Positions 35,698 to 45,510 of a stretch of 64,000 bases of DNA are shown here, in pieces. This DNA is from Planctomycetota bacterium (GTDB lineage Bacteria > Planctomycetota > MHYJ01 > WSZJ01). The notes beneath the pieces are model-generated. The model made no database searches. It had not been told where the DNA came from and saw nothing but the letters and a program-made list of their open reading frames with translations. How positions within the stretch are numbered: the stretch's first letter is position 1; each line of letters starts with the position of its first letter. The translations under genes were made by a program, and so were the position numbers. Location: assembly GCA_038060895.1 (NCBI GenBank), contig JBBTCT010000006.1, forward strand, positions 39,403-103,402, in the 5' to 3' direction.

Positions 35698-36504
35698 ATG
35701 TCCTTGCCCGAAACCTCGCCCATTCTCGAGTTGCGCGGCGTTCCGCCTTCACCGCCTCGCCGCATCGTTTCCCTCTACCCGAGCGGGACCGAGACGCTGT
35801 ACTCGCTCGGTCTCACGGAACGCGTCGTCGGACGCACTTCATGGTGCCCGCCGTCTCCCGGCGCGGTCGTCATGGGCGGCACGAAGAATCCCGACCTCGC
35901 GGCAATCCGTGCGTCAGCCCCCGACCTCGTCCTCGCCTGCCGCGACGAAAACCGCCGCGAGGACGTCGAGGCGATCTCGGAGTTCGCGCCGGTCGCGGTC
36001 GCGGACCCGCGACGCGTGGCGGACGTTCCCGCGTTCGCGAAGAGGCTCGCGGAAGTCGCTGGCGGCGAACCGGCGAAAGCCGAGGCGCTGGCTTCGCTGA
36101 TCGAGGACGAGTCCGCTCGCCTCGCCGCTTCCACGGAGCCGCGCCGGCGCACCGTGGCCTTCATCTGGCGCGGGCCCTGGTGGACGCTCGGCGGGGACTG
36201 CTACGCGACGGACCTGCTCCGGCTGTGCGGGCTCGACAACGCCTTCGCGGCGGACCGCCGGACGTACTTCACTCTCGACGGATCCGAAATCGCCGCCGCC
36301 CGCCCCGACGTCCTCCTCTTCCCCAACGAACCCTTCCCCTTCAACGAGTTCCACGTCGCCGCACTGCGCTCCGAAATCCCCGCACTCCGCGAAATCCCCG
36401 CGCGCCTCTTCGACGGCTCACTGCTCACGTGGCACGGCGCCCGCACCCTCGAAGCGCTTCGACGGCTGCCCGGGTTGCTCCGGTCCCCCGTGGAAATCCG
36501 GTAG
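35698..36504 (+). CDS. Helical-backbone metal/cobalamin-binding protein (BtuF-like)
   Basis: RIVSLYPSGTETL, VVGRTSWC, GGTKNPD, DENRRED, NEPFPF, LLTWHG. Confidence 0.88.
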   Translation: MSLPETSPILELRGVPPSPPRRIVSLYPSGTETLYSLGLTERVVGRTSWCPPSPGAVVMGGTKNPDLAAIRASAPDLVLACRDENRREDVEAISEFAPVAVADPRRVADVPAFAKRLAEVAGGEPAKAEALASLIEDESARLAASTEPRRRTVAFIWRGPWWTLGGDCYATDLLRLCGLDNAFAADRRTYFTLDGSEIAAARPDVLLFPNEPFPFNEFHVAALRSEIPALREIPARLFDGSLLTWHGARTLEALRRLPGLLRSPVEIR

Positions 36505-36513
36505 CATCCGGAA

Positions 36514-37797
36514 GTGATCCGCTCCGCTTCCACCCGCCTCGTCGCCGCGTTCCTCACGCTGTTCGCCGCGACGTCCGCTCTCCTCCTGTGGGGCGCGGCC
36601 ACGCAGGCGCGGCGGATGGCGGAAGAGCGGGCGCTGGGGCAGGCGCAGACGGTGGGGGGGATCATGCTGCAGGGCAATCTCTACGGGCCCGAGATGCTGG
36701 CACGCGTGAAGCCGGTCGTGGATGCGGACGTGGTGCAGGTGTTTGCGGGAAGCGTTCGCGGATCCACGCTGCCGCGCGAAGAGACCGAGGCCGTCGCGAA
36801 GGCCGCGCGCACCGGGACGCCGTTCGCGCCGGCGGGGCGGTTCCGCGTCGTCGCGGTCACGGAGAAGGACACGACGCTGGCCTTTGCGTACGACTCGGAA
36901 TCGCTCGAGGCCGCGAAGTCGGAGGCGGTGCGCCCGCTCTGGTGGCTTGCGGGAGGTGCGGCGCTCAGCGTCGTCGTGCTCGGCTTCTGGCTCGGCGCGG
37001 CGCTTCTCCGGCCGGTCGGCGTGCTCGTTGCAGGCGCGCGGCGGGTCGAGAAGGGCGACTTCGGCGTCGACGTTCCGTCTTCCGGTTCGGACGAATTCGC
37101 CGCGCTGGCTTCCGCGTTCAACGCGATGCAGACGGCTCTGCGAAAACAACGCGAGGACGAGAGATGGGCGGCCGCGGGCCGCGTCGCGGCAGGCATCGCG
37201 CACGACCTGCGCAATCCGCTGGCGGGCGTGCTCATGATGGCGCAGATGCTGGAAAGGGACGAAGCGGAAGCGCGGCGCAAGGAAGTGCTGGCACGGATCG
37301 TCACGGAGGTGAAGCGCCTCGAGGCCTCGATCGGGGAGCTGATGGCGCTCGCGGCGCCGGAACCGCCGAAAAAGGAGCGCGTCGATCTGCCCGCAGTCGT
37401 GAAGGAGTCGCTGGAGCTCTTCAGGCCCCGCGCGGAACATCGCGGCGTCGTGCTCGAGGCGCGGGGAGGCGGCGAGGTCCTGTTCACAGGCGACTCCGGG
37501 CGCGTCCGGCGGATCGTCGACAATCTTGTCGCCAACGCGCTCGAAGCGACGCCGGCGGGCGGGCGCGTGACGGTTGCCACGTCCGCGAAGGACGGGAAGG
37601 CGGAACTGCGCGTCGAGGACACGGGCGGCGGCATACCGGACGCGGTGAAGCAGAAACTTTTTGACGCGTTCAACAGCGACAAGCCGGGCGGAACGGGCCT
37701 CGGGCTGGCGACGGTGAAACGGCTCGCCGAAGAAATGGGCGGGACCATCGCCGTCGAGAGCGGGGTGGGAGGGACGGCGTTCGTGGTGAGATTCTGA
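36514..37797 (+). CDS. HAMP-domain sensor histidine kinase
   Basis: Two TMs, HAMP, AHDLRNPL, NLVANALEA, DTGGGI, GTGLGL. Confidence 0.93.
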   Translation: MIRSASTRLVAAFLTLFAATSALLLWGAATQARRMAEERALGQAQTVGGIMLQGNLYGPEMLARVKPVVDADVVQVFAGSVRGSTLPREETEAVAKAARTGTPFAPAGRFRVVAVTEKDTTLAFAYDSESLEAAKSEAVRPLWWLAGGAALSVVVLGFWLGAALLRPVGVLVAGARRVEKGDFGVDVPSSGSDEFAALASAFNAMQTALRKQREDERWAAAGRVAAGIAHDLRNPLAGVLMMAQMLERDEAEARRKEVLARIVTEVKRLEASIGELMALAAPEPPKKERVDLPAVVKESLELFRPRAEHRGVVLEARGGGEVLFTGDSGRVRRIVDNLVANALEATPAGGRVTVATSAKDGKAELRVEDTGGGIPDAVKQKLFDAFNSDKPGGTGLGLATVKRLAEEMGGTIAVESGVGGTAFVVRF

Positions 37798-37803
37798 AGC
37801 GGG

Positions 37804-38574
37804 ATGCGCCTCTCCCACGACGACCTCGATGGTGAGCTTGTCCGCTCGCGCGGGCGCGTCCTCGACCTCTCCCACTTCGACAAGGTAGACCTCTCCGCTG
37901 CCGCCGTGCTTCTCGTTCACCTCTCGACGGGCGGACACTGGACCGAGCCGCGCGCCCTCGTGACGCGAAGCTGGCTCCGCCGCGTCGGATTCTCCGCCGC
38001 GCTCGCCGGCGAGCCGCCGCCTCCCGAGGGCGACTCCGACGCGCTGCTCGTGTTCACGCGCATCGAAACCGACGCCGACGTCGCCGCCCTCCTCGACCGG
38101 GTCCACAAGCGCGCCCCACGGTTCCTCGGCGAACACCTCGGCTTCACCGCGCTCGAGTCCGCCCACTTCACGATCCTCCTCGCCGAGCTCTGCCACAACA
38201 TCCCCGAGCATGCCTGCGGCCCCGGCTGGATCGCCGCCCACCGGTACCGCTTCCAGGGACGGAACATCCTCAAGATCGCCGTCGCCGACGCGGGGCGCGG
38301 GCTGCGCGCTTCCTACGGCGACCGCTACCCCTCGGACCTCGACGCCATCCGCGCCGCCTTCGAGGAGCACCGCTCGCGCCACGACGACCCGGGCCGCGGC
38401 CACGGCGTCCGGCAGGTCGTCAAGACCGCGCGCGGATTCGGCGCGAAGATCACGGTGAGGAGCGGGGAAGCGAAGAAGGCGCACGTCCCCGAGGGGATGC
38501 TGGGGTGGAGCAGCGTGAGCGGGCTGGAGCGCGTCGCAGGGACGCAGGTGCTGATAGCAGTGCCGGGGCGGTGA
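37804..38574 (+). CDS. Stand-alone GHKL/HATPase protein (anti-sigma-type kinase-like) with STAS-like N-terminus
   Basis: VLDLSHFDKVD, ELCHNIPEHA (N box), AVADAGRG (G1), GRGHG (G2), GTQV; no HisKA domain. Confidence 0.8.
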   Translation: MRLSHDDLDGELVRSRGRVLDLSHFDKVDLSAAAVLLVHLSTGGHWTEPRALVTRSWLRRVGFSAALAGEPPPPEGDSDALLVFTRIETDADVAALLDRVHKRAPRFLGEHLGFTALESAHFTILLAELCHNIPEHACGPGWIAAHRYRFQGRNILKIAVADAGRGLRASYGDRYPSDLDAIRAAFEEHRSRHDDPGRGHGVRQVVKTARGFGAKITVRSGEAKKAHVPEGMLGWSSVSGLERVAGTQVLIAVPGR

Positions 38575-38674
38575 GCGCAGAAGCGTCCGCCGTCGATTGC
38601 CGCGAAGACCGAGGCGCGAAAGCGTAGAGTGATGGCCGGCGTGCCGGTCGTGCGGTTGTCTGGAGGGATCATCC

Positions 38675-39199
38675 ATGAGCACTCTGGGAGTTCATGTTGC
38701 CCTGAACGACGACGAGCTGAAGCGCGTGCTCGAGGCTCCCGACCCGGACTCGCTTCTCGAATTCGTCCGCGAAGTCGTGGAGGACGCCGGCGTGGAGGGC
38801 GACGAGTGGTCGCATCACACGGAGACGTCGTGGAACGCGATTCACCGCTGCCTCACGAACGGCCGGCTTGAATACGAGGCGGGCCCCTGGCCGCTGGCCT
38901 ACGGGGTCCTCGGTGGCCAGCACCTCTACGGCGGAGACAGGGACGACGTCGTCATGCTGGTGCTTCCCGACCAGGTGGCGGAAGCGGCGCAGGCGCTGGG
39001 AGGCGTTTCGAAGGACTGGCTTCGCGAGAAGTATTTCGGGATGGATGCGGAGGCGTGCGGGTTCGCGCTGAAGGAAGCGCACTTTGAGGACACATGGGAG
39101 AATTTCTCCGGGCTACCCGGGTTCTTCACTCGCGCGGCGGCAGCGGGGCGGGCGGTCATTTTTGCCTCGAAAGAAGGGGACCGGGAGGAAGAGGAGTAA
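38675..39199 (+). CDS. DUF1877 (YfbM-like) protein
   Basis: SWNAIHRCLT, VLGG, PDQVAEAAQAL, WLREKY, FFTRAAAAGRAVIF. Confidence 0.85.
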   Translation: MSTLGVHVALNDDELKRVLEAPDPDSLLEFVREVVEDAGVEGDEWSHHTETSWNAIHRCLTNGRLEYEAGPWPLAYGVLGGQHLYGGDRDDVVMLVLPDQVAEAAQALGGVSKDWLREKYFGMDAEACGFALKEAHFEDTWENFSGLPGFFTRAAAAGRAVIFASKEGDREEEE

Positions 39200-39564
39200 G
39201 GAGAGGGGCGGACGCTCATTCCACAGGTTTTCCACATACGGGGGAAAAGGGGCAGGGTCCCTCTCGCGGCGCGTCATCCGGGACGTAACTCGTTGTAATT
39301 GAAGCGGTTATGCAAGAGCGTAAAGCCGTGCTCCACGCAGCCTCGGCGCTTCGTCTCCAGGCTTGTTCACATTTCGGTCCGGCAGGGGGACTCTTCCGAG
39401 GGAGACCCTCCATAAACGCACCGTCGCATCGCACCCGCACCCCTTAAATGCCCTCTCCAGGGTGCCCCGGGGATGGCCCTGCGGGCCGTTTTGACGCAAC
39501 GCGTCAATTCCGGCGCAACTCACCGCACTTTCCGCACGCTCTTCGCGCGGGTTAGCATCCGGGC

Positions 39565-41538
39565 GTGAAGCGCTTCCTTCCCGCCGTCCCGCTCGTGGCG
39601 TTTTTCGTCGCGGCGCTGGCGACGCTGGGGCGGCTTGAAGCCTTCGGTGCGCTGGGCGGCTGGGCGCTGACCGCGGCGCTCGAAGGCGCCACCGTCGCGC
39701 TTTTCTGGGGAGGAGCGCTCGGGCTGGGGCGGTTGGCCGGCGCCGCAGTCCTCGGCCGCGGGCCCGATCCATTCGATGCGAGCCGCGCTCCCGCAGCAGC
39801 GCGCTTCGCTCTCGAAGGCGGGCTCGGCTTCGCCGCGCTTATGACGGCCCTCCACCTTCTCGGACTTGCCGGACTCATCTTCGCTCCGGTGGTCGTGATC
39901 CTACTCCTCGGGGGCTGTGTCGCGGCACTCGTCGGGCGCGACCTGAAATCGCTGCCGGGGCGCGCGGCTTCCATTTTTTCGCACCCCGGCGTCGCAATCG
40001 CCGCGCCGCTCGTCGCGGTCCTCCTGGTCGCCGCGTCCTTTCCTCCCGGGATGCTTTGGCCCTCAGAAGCCAAAGGCTACGACGCCCTCGAGTACCACCT
40101 GCAGGTGCCCCGGGAGTGGCTTGCGTCCGGTGCGATCCGCGCGCTTCCCCACAACCTGTACGGCTACCTTCCGCTCAACTTCGAAATGCTCACGCTGGGA
40201 ATGTTCTCGCTTCGCGGCGGGGCGTTCGAAGGAATGCTCGGCGCACAGTGGCTGCACGCTTCATTCGCGGTCGGGACCGCGGCGCTTCTCGGTCTCTGGG
40301 CCGGCGCCCGCGCGGGCTCCCCGGTCGCAGGAGCCGCAGCGGCGGCGACGTACCTCTGCGTCCCCTGGAATCTCGTGACCGGGTCGCTCGCCTACAACGA
40401 GCAGGCGGCGGCGTTCCTCGGCCTGGGCGCGCTCGTCCTCCTCTGGGAGGGGCCGATGACGCACCGCGTCATGGCCGCCGCAGGCCTCTGCGCCGGCGCC
40501 GCCGTCGGGACCAAGCTCACCGCGGCCGGATTCCTGTTTCTCCCGGCGCTCGCCGCCGCGGCGGCATTCCGGGATCGCGAACCCGCCGCACCGCGCACGC
40601 CGCCGAAACGGCTCGCCCTCGCCGCGCTCGTCTTCTGCGCGGCCGGCCTCCTCGTCCACGCACCCTACCTCGTGCGCAACGCCGCCTGGACCGGCAACCC
40701 GGTCTTTCCCTTCGCGACTCGCGTCCTCGGCCGCGCCCATTGGGGCGAGACGCAAGAGTGGCGCTTCATCAACGGACATTTTCCCCGCGCCTCCGCGGGA
40801 GATCGAGTGACCGCTCTCTGGAAGAGCGGCGTCGGCGACCCGGGATACGGCTTCGCCTGGCTGGCCGCCGTGCTCGCGGGACTTGGACTCGCGCTCTCGA
40901 AGCGGCCGACGCGGGCGCTCGCCGCCGGGGCCGGCGTGTTTGCGCTGATGCAGATCCTGTTCTGGATCAGCGCGACCCACCTCCAGCCGCGCTTCCTGCA
41001 ACCGCTCACCATCCCCCTCGCTTTCGCCGCGGGGCTCGGCGCCGCCGCGATCCCCGCACGCTTCGCCTGGCCCGCCGTATCGCTTCTCGCGATCGGGCAT
41101 ACGGCCTGGCACGGCCAGCTCCTGTGGCGCGGGGCAGAAGCGGGTTCTCCGCCCACCGCGGCCGTCGCGCTTGCGGAACCGATGTTTCTCGCGGAGAAAT
41201 TCGAGGGGCTCAAGGGCCACAAGGCTCTTCTCGTCGCCGAGGCGCGGGCCTTCTACGTCCCGGGCGCGTGCGTCTACGCCGACCCGTTCGAGACAAGCCC
41301 GTTCGCGCGCTTCTGGCGCGCCGCGGGCGGCGATCCCGCGAAGGCGCTCGCAGCGATGCGCGCTTCCGGCATCACGCTCGTCATCGCGAACTGGGACGAG
41401 GCGGAGCGGCTGAAGCGGACCTACGGGCTGGATCCGGAGATCACGCGGGGGAATTTCGAGCGGCTCGTCGGGGCGGGGGCGAAGCGCCTTGAGTCGCCGG
41501 ACCCGATCGTTGAGATTCTCGAGCTCTCGCCACGGTAA
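39565..41538 (+). CDS. Polytopic GT-C-type glycosyltransferase-like membrane protein
   Basis: Many TMs; YDALEYHLQVPREW, RNAAWTGNPVFPF, QPRFL. Confidence 0.8.
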   Translation: MKRFLPAVPLVAFFVAALATLGRLEAFGALGGWALTAALEGATVALFWGGALGLGRLAGAAVLGRGPDPFDASRAPAAARFALEGGLGFAALMTALHLLGLAGLIFAPVVVILLLGGCVAALVGRDLKSLPGRAASIFSHPGVAIAAPLVAVLLVAASFPPGMLWPSEAKGYDALEYHLQVPREWLASGAIRALPHNLYGYLPLNFEMLTLGMFSLRGGAFEGMLGAQWLHASFAVGTAALLGLWAGARAGSPVAGAAAAATYLCVPWNLVTGSLAYNEQAAAFLGLGALVLLWEGPMTHRVMAAAGLCAGAAVGTKLTAAGFLFLPALAAAAAFRDREPAAPRTPPKRLALAALVFCAAGLLVHAPYLVRNAAWTGNPVFPFATRVLGRAHWGETQEWRFINGHFPRASAGDRVTALWKSGVGDPGYGFAWLAAVLAGLGLALSKRPTRALAAGAGVFALMQILFWISATHLQPRFLQPLTIPLAFAAGLGAAAIPARFAWPAVSLLAIGHTAWHGQLLWRGAEAGSPPTAAVALAEPMFLAEKFEGLKGHKALLVAEARAFYVPGACVYADPFETSPFARFWRAAGGDPAKALAAMRASGITLVIANWDEAERLKRTYGLDPEITRGNFERLVGAGAKRLESPDPIVEILELSPR

Positions 41539-41569
41539 GATCCGGCCTTCCCGAATTCCGGAGCCCACG

Positions 41570-42997
41570 ATGCGACTGCTGCCTGCCGCGTTTTTCACTT
41601 TCTTCGCGATCTCCACCGCGCTCGCCCAGGTCGCTCCCGACCCGAAGAAGGACTTCGACCAGAAGATGAAGGCGGCGGGGGAGAAGGTGGCGCGCGAGCA
41701 CGTGACGCTGGGGAAGTTCTGCACGGGGAAGAAGCTGCACGCCGAGGCGCTGATCGAGTATCGGCGCGCGCTGTCGCTGGACGCGGGGTGTACGGACGCG
41801 AAAAAGGGGCTGATGTGGAAGTACGAGGGGGGCGCGTGGGTCGAGGACCCTTCGGCGAAGATCAAGGACCGGAACGAGGGTTCGCCGGACGTGGTCGAGA
41901 AGGCGCACGACGAGTACTACGCGAAGAGGCAGCCGGCGCGCGACCGGTGCGCGAAGGAATACGCCACCGTTGCGGAGTGGGCGGCGAAAAAGGGACTGAA
42001 GGCGGAGGCGAAGCTGGCGTGGAAGAGCGTCCTGTACTACGACGAGACGAGCGACAAGGCGCGCGAAGGATGCGGCTGGGTCAAGGACGGGAGCGCCTGG
42101 GTCTGCCCGGGGGACGCCGAGAGGCGCGCCGCGGAGACGAAACGGATCGCGGCGGCCGACGCCGGCAAGAAGGTCAGCGAGGGAAGCGATCTGGAGATGA
42201 AGACCGGGTGGGCGCTCGCGAAGCGGCACTCGAAGTACTTCCAGTTCGAGGGCATGTTCTCCGACGGCGAACTGACGACGCTGATAAAGACGTGCGAGGC
42301 GGCGCGCCTGTCGTTCCTGGAGACATTCGAGTTGCCCGCGGACGCGCTGGAGGCGCCGGTGCACGGCGTGTTTCTCAAATCGAAGGACGACCACAAGGCC
42401 TTCCTCTCGAAATTCGTGGGTCTGACCGGGCGCGAGTTCGACCAGATCAACGCCATGTCCGGCTGGACGAAGTTCGACCCGCTGACCTTTGAAGTCCGGC
42501 AGGGCGAAAACGAGTTCTCGCTCATGGGCGACTGGGCCGTGCACTGCACGATCGAGTTCTACTGGGCGAACCAATTCGGCATCGAGAACTGCCCACCATG
42601 GCTGGGAGAGGGGATCCCGTACTGGTTCACGTACTTCCTCACGAAGTCCGCCATGACGAACTGCATCGCGTTCGAGACGGCGGCCCAGGGAGGCGTGAGC
42701 TGGGACGATGTCCTGGACTGGAAAGTCCTCGTCAAGGACCTCGTGAAGTCCGGAAAGAATCCGCCGATCCGCGACGTGCTCGAAGCGCGACTCAACGCCC
42801 TCGACGGCCCCAAAGGCGTGAAAGGGTGGAGCCTCGTGGAGTGGATGCTCGCCGCGCGCAAGAAGGAGTTCTTCGAATTCGTGAAGGCTCTGGCGGGCGG
42901 CGCCTCGCAGGAAGACGCGATCAAGACGGCGTTCGGCGTGGCGAGCTTTGCGGAGCTGGACGCGCAGTGGGTGGCGTACGTGCTGGAGAACTACTGA
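41570..42997 (+). CDS. Secreted protein with a degenerate zincin (peptidase MA/DUF1570-like) C-domain
   Basis: Signal peptide, TPR-like helices, PPWLGEG motif; the HExxH position reads HCTIE. Confidence 0.7.
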   Translation: MRLLPAAFFTFFAISTALAQVAPDPKKDFDQKMKAAGEKVAREHVTLGKFCTGKKLHAEALIEYRRALSLDAGCTDAKKGLMWKYEGGAWVEDPSAKIKDRNEGSPDVVEKAHDEYYAKRQPARDRCAKEYATVAEWAAKKGLKAEAKLAWKSVLYYDETSDKAREGCGWVKDGSAWVCPGDAERRAAETKRIAAADAGKKVSEGSDLEMKTGWALAKRHSKYFQFEGMFSDGELTTLIKTCEAARLSFLETFELPADALEAPVHGVFLKSKDDHKAFLSKFVGLTGREFDQINAMSGWTKFDPLTFEVRQGENEFSLMGDWAVHCTIEFYWANQFGIENCPPWLGEGIPYWFTYFLTKSAMTNCIAFETAAQGGVSWDDVLDWKVLVKDLVKSGKNPPIRDVLEARLNALDGPKGVKGWSLVEWMLAARKKEFFEFVKALAGGASQEDAIKTAFGVASFAELDAQWVAYVLENY

Positions 42998-43001
42998 CGG
43001 A

Positions 43002-44141
43002 TCAGCGTTCGTAGGTAGTAGACGCTTCCGAAAATCCCCTCACCTCGTCCGGCGATTTCCCGGGAAACGCTTCGAGCTTCAGTTTCCGGGCTTCGACGAG
43101 TTGCACGAGCAGTACGCCCATGGAGCGCGGATCCATCCCCTCGAACGGCTTCGCGCCGTTCGGTTTCACGATCATGACGAGGTCGTACTTCACAACACCC
43201 GCTTCTTTGCCGACGGTCGCGGGGTCCGGGCCATTGCCGCGAACGCCGAACTGCTGGCACTTGCCGCCCCAGTCGCCGAGCGAGACCACGATCTTGTCCG
43301 CGTCGATGTGGTGGTAGACGAAGGAGGCGTGGCCGGCCCAGTAGCCGCGCTTGTCGCCGCCGCCCGCGTAGCCGTTCGTGCCGGCGAGGAACCAGTTGCC
43401 CACGAGCTTTCCGTCGACGTCGAAATCGATCTTCCCGCCGCGCGGCCCCTTCGTCCGCGGGTTGATCGCAAGGAGCTGCGTCCGGACCGGTTCGGTGAAA
43501 TAGTCGAAGGGGTCGACGGTGTGGATTTTCCAGGGCTCCCGTTCGTAGTGTTCTGGTATCGCGAATCCCTGGAGCGTGACCTCCGTGTTCACGGCGCCAA
43601 AATCCAGCGTGCGCGTTCCGATTTTCCCGATCCGCTGGCCCGCCTTGACCGCGACTCGTCCCGTCAGGCGCTGCCCGCCGCCCTCCGGTGTCATTCCCTT
43701 CGTGATGGCCTCTTCTACGCTCGTGAGCAGATCGTAGTAGGTGTAAAACGTCCCCGTGTGTTCGAGCACCAGCCGCCAGTCGTCGTACTCGTGCCCTGCG
43801 GAGTCCGTCCCCTCCATCCGTGTGCGATGCTCGATCAGTACGACCTTTCCGTCCGCCGGAGCGAGGACGTCGAACTGGTCCCGCTTCGTTTCACGCATGT
43901 TCTTCGGCACGAGGTACGCATGGTCGATTGGCGTCACGTGCTCCCCGACCATCAGGCCGTAGGGGACGTAGGTCTCCAGCGCCGATGGGTCCATCGGCGA
44001 AACCGTCAGTTTCACACTCCCGCGGCCTTCCGCCTTTCCGCGGCTCCACATCTCCGCCAGGCTCGGGGGGCGCCCACCCTGCGCCCATGCCGGCAACGCT
44101 CCGGCGGCGATCACGATGAGGGCGGCCGCGAGTGACTTCAC
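43002..44141 (-). CDS. Secreted protein with an M23/LytM-like fold, degenerate metal site
   Basis: Signal peptide from GTG 44141; VLAPADGKV, VKAGQRIGKIG, VDPFDY. Confidence 0.7.
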   Translation of the reverse strand: MKSLAAALIVIAAGALPAWAQGGRPPSLAEMWSRGKAEGRGSVKLTVSPMDPSALETYVPYGLMVGEHVTPIDHAYLVPKNMRETKRDQFDVLAPADGKVVLIEHRTRMEGTDSAGHEYDDWRLVLEHTGTFYTYYDLLTSVEEAITKGMTPEGGGQRLTGRVAVKAGQRIGKIGTRTLDFGAVNTEVTLQGFAIPEHYEREPWKIHTVDPFDYFTEPVRTQLLAINPRTKGPRGGKIDFDVDGKLVGNWFLAGTNGYAGGGDKRGYWAGHASFVYHHIDADKIVVSLGDWGGKCQQFGVRGNGPDPATVGKEAGVVKYDLVMIVKPNGAKPFEGMDPRSMGVLLVQLVEARKLKLEAFPGKSPDEVRGFSEASTTYER

Positions 44142-44203
44142 AGGGTTCTCCTCCAGGGGGACGCATGCAGGAACGCGTCGCCCGGCGGAAAATTGTCCCC
44201 GAC

Positions 44204-44527
44204 TTACCCCTCGAGCTTCGCCGCCAGGATGAAGTCGTTGTCCGACAGCCCGCCGACCGAGTGCGTCCAGATCTCCAGCTTCACACGCCCCCAGCCGAGG
44301 TGGATGTCCGGGTGATGCCCCTCGCGCTCGGCGATCTCGCCCACCTTGTTCGTGAAGGCGAGCGCCTCCTTGAAATTCGGGAACTTGAACTCCTTCTCGA
44401 GCTTCGTGCCGCCGGTGATCTTCCAGTCCCCGGGGAGCTCGGCGAGAAGCGACTTCGCCGCCGCGGAGTCGAGAGCGGGCGTTCCCTTCTTGCACGGTTT
44501 GCAGCTGCGGGAATTCAGTGAGCTCAT
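44204..44527 (-). CDS. Pterin-4-alpha-carbinolamine dehydratase
   Basis: CKPCKKGTPAL, AEREGHHPDI, WTHSVGGLSDNDFILAAK. Confidence 0.95.
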   Translation of the reverse strand: MSSLNSRSCKPCKKGTPALDSAAAKSLLAELPGDWKITGGTKLEKEFKFPNFKEALAFTNKVGEIAEREGHHPDIHLGWGRVKLEIWTHSVGGLSDNDFILAAKLEG

Positions 44528-44553
44528 GGATCGGCCTCCCATCGAAAGTAGTC

Positions 44554-45510
44554 TTACTCCGTCCCGCCCGACTCGACACGCTTCATGGCTTCGATCAGCT
44601 TGCCCTTCACGAACTCGTCCTTCTCCGACCGCATTCTCTCCCGGATCCACGCGGCGTCCGAAGGCTTCTGCATCGAAGAAAGCGCTTCGACGGCAAATCC
44701 GCGTACGGTGGCGTCGGGGTCGTCGAGAAGCGGCCTCAGGTCGGCGCGGGTGGAGCGATCGCCGATGCGGCCGAGGGCGGAGATGGCGTGGAGACGGGCG
44801 CGGCGGTCGGGGTCGCGGAGCTTCGCGACGAGCGCGCCGGTGGAGCTGAGAGCCTCGAGGGCGTACTGGGCGGCAAAGCGGACCGTGGCCGTCTTGTCGG
44901 ACAGGAACGAGAGAAGCGCTTCCTGTGCGAGCCTGCCCCCGATGGCGCCGAGGGTGGCCACGGCTGTGAATCTTCCGCGTTCTGTAACCGTGGCGTCGCG
45001 GGCCATCTCAGCGATGTCGGGGACGCAGGACTCGGCTTTGAGCGCGCCCAGGGCGGCCAGCGCGCCGCCGCGGGCCTCCTTGTCCTTGAGGAGCGGTGCG
45101 ATCCGGTCGGCCGCTTCGGTTGCGCCCATCTGCCCGAGGAGGTCGGCGGCGTTTCGACGGGTCACGGCGTCCGTGGAGGTGAGGGCGTTGATGAGCCCGG
45201 CGAGGGCTTTGTTCCGGAGCTCAGGGCTCTGCGGTTTCTGGGTCGCGGTGCCGGCGATCCCGGTGATGACCATGCTCAATGCCCGCGTGATGATCGTGTC
45301 GGCGGCTGTGAGCTTGCCGGGGATGAGGAAATCGAGCGTAGGCGCCCCCGCTTCGATGAGCTTCTTCCGCGCCGCCGGCACCTTTTCAAGATTGGATCCG
45401 ACCTCCCAGAGGCAGGCGTCGCGCCACCAACCTTCAAGGTCGAGATCCTCTGCGCATGCCGTCCCCGACATGAACGCCGCCATGAACAGGCCGATCGTCG
45501 CAACTCTCAT
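44554..45510 (-). CDS. Secreted HEAT repeat protein
   Basis: Signal peptide; TRRNAADLLGQMG, VRFAAQYAL, LDDPDATVRGFAVEAL; ATGA-coupled to the upstream gene. Confidence 0.85.
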   Translation of the reverse strand: MRVATIGLFMAAFMSGTACAEDLDLEGWWRDACLWEVGSNLEKVPAARKKLIEAGAPTLDFLIPGKLTAADTIITRALSMVITGIAGTATQKPQSPELRNKALAGLINALTSTDAVTRRNAADLLGQMGATEAADRIAPLLKDKEARGGALAALGALKAESCVPDIAEMARDATVTERGRFTAVATLGAIGGRLAQEALLSFLSDKTATVRFAAQYALEALSSTGALVAKLRDPDRRARLHAISALGRIGDRSTRADLRPLLDDPDATVRGFAVEALSSMQKPSDAAWIRERMRSEKDEFVKGKLIEAMKRVESGGTE

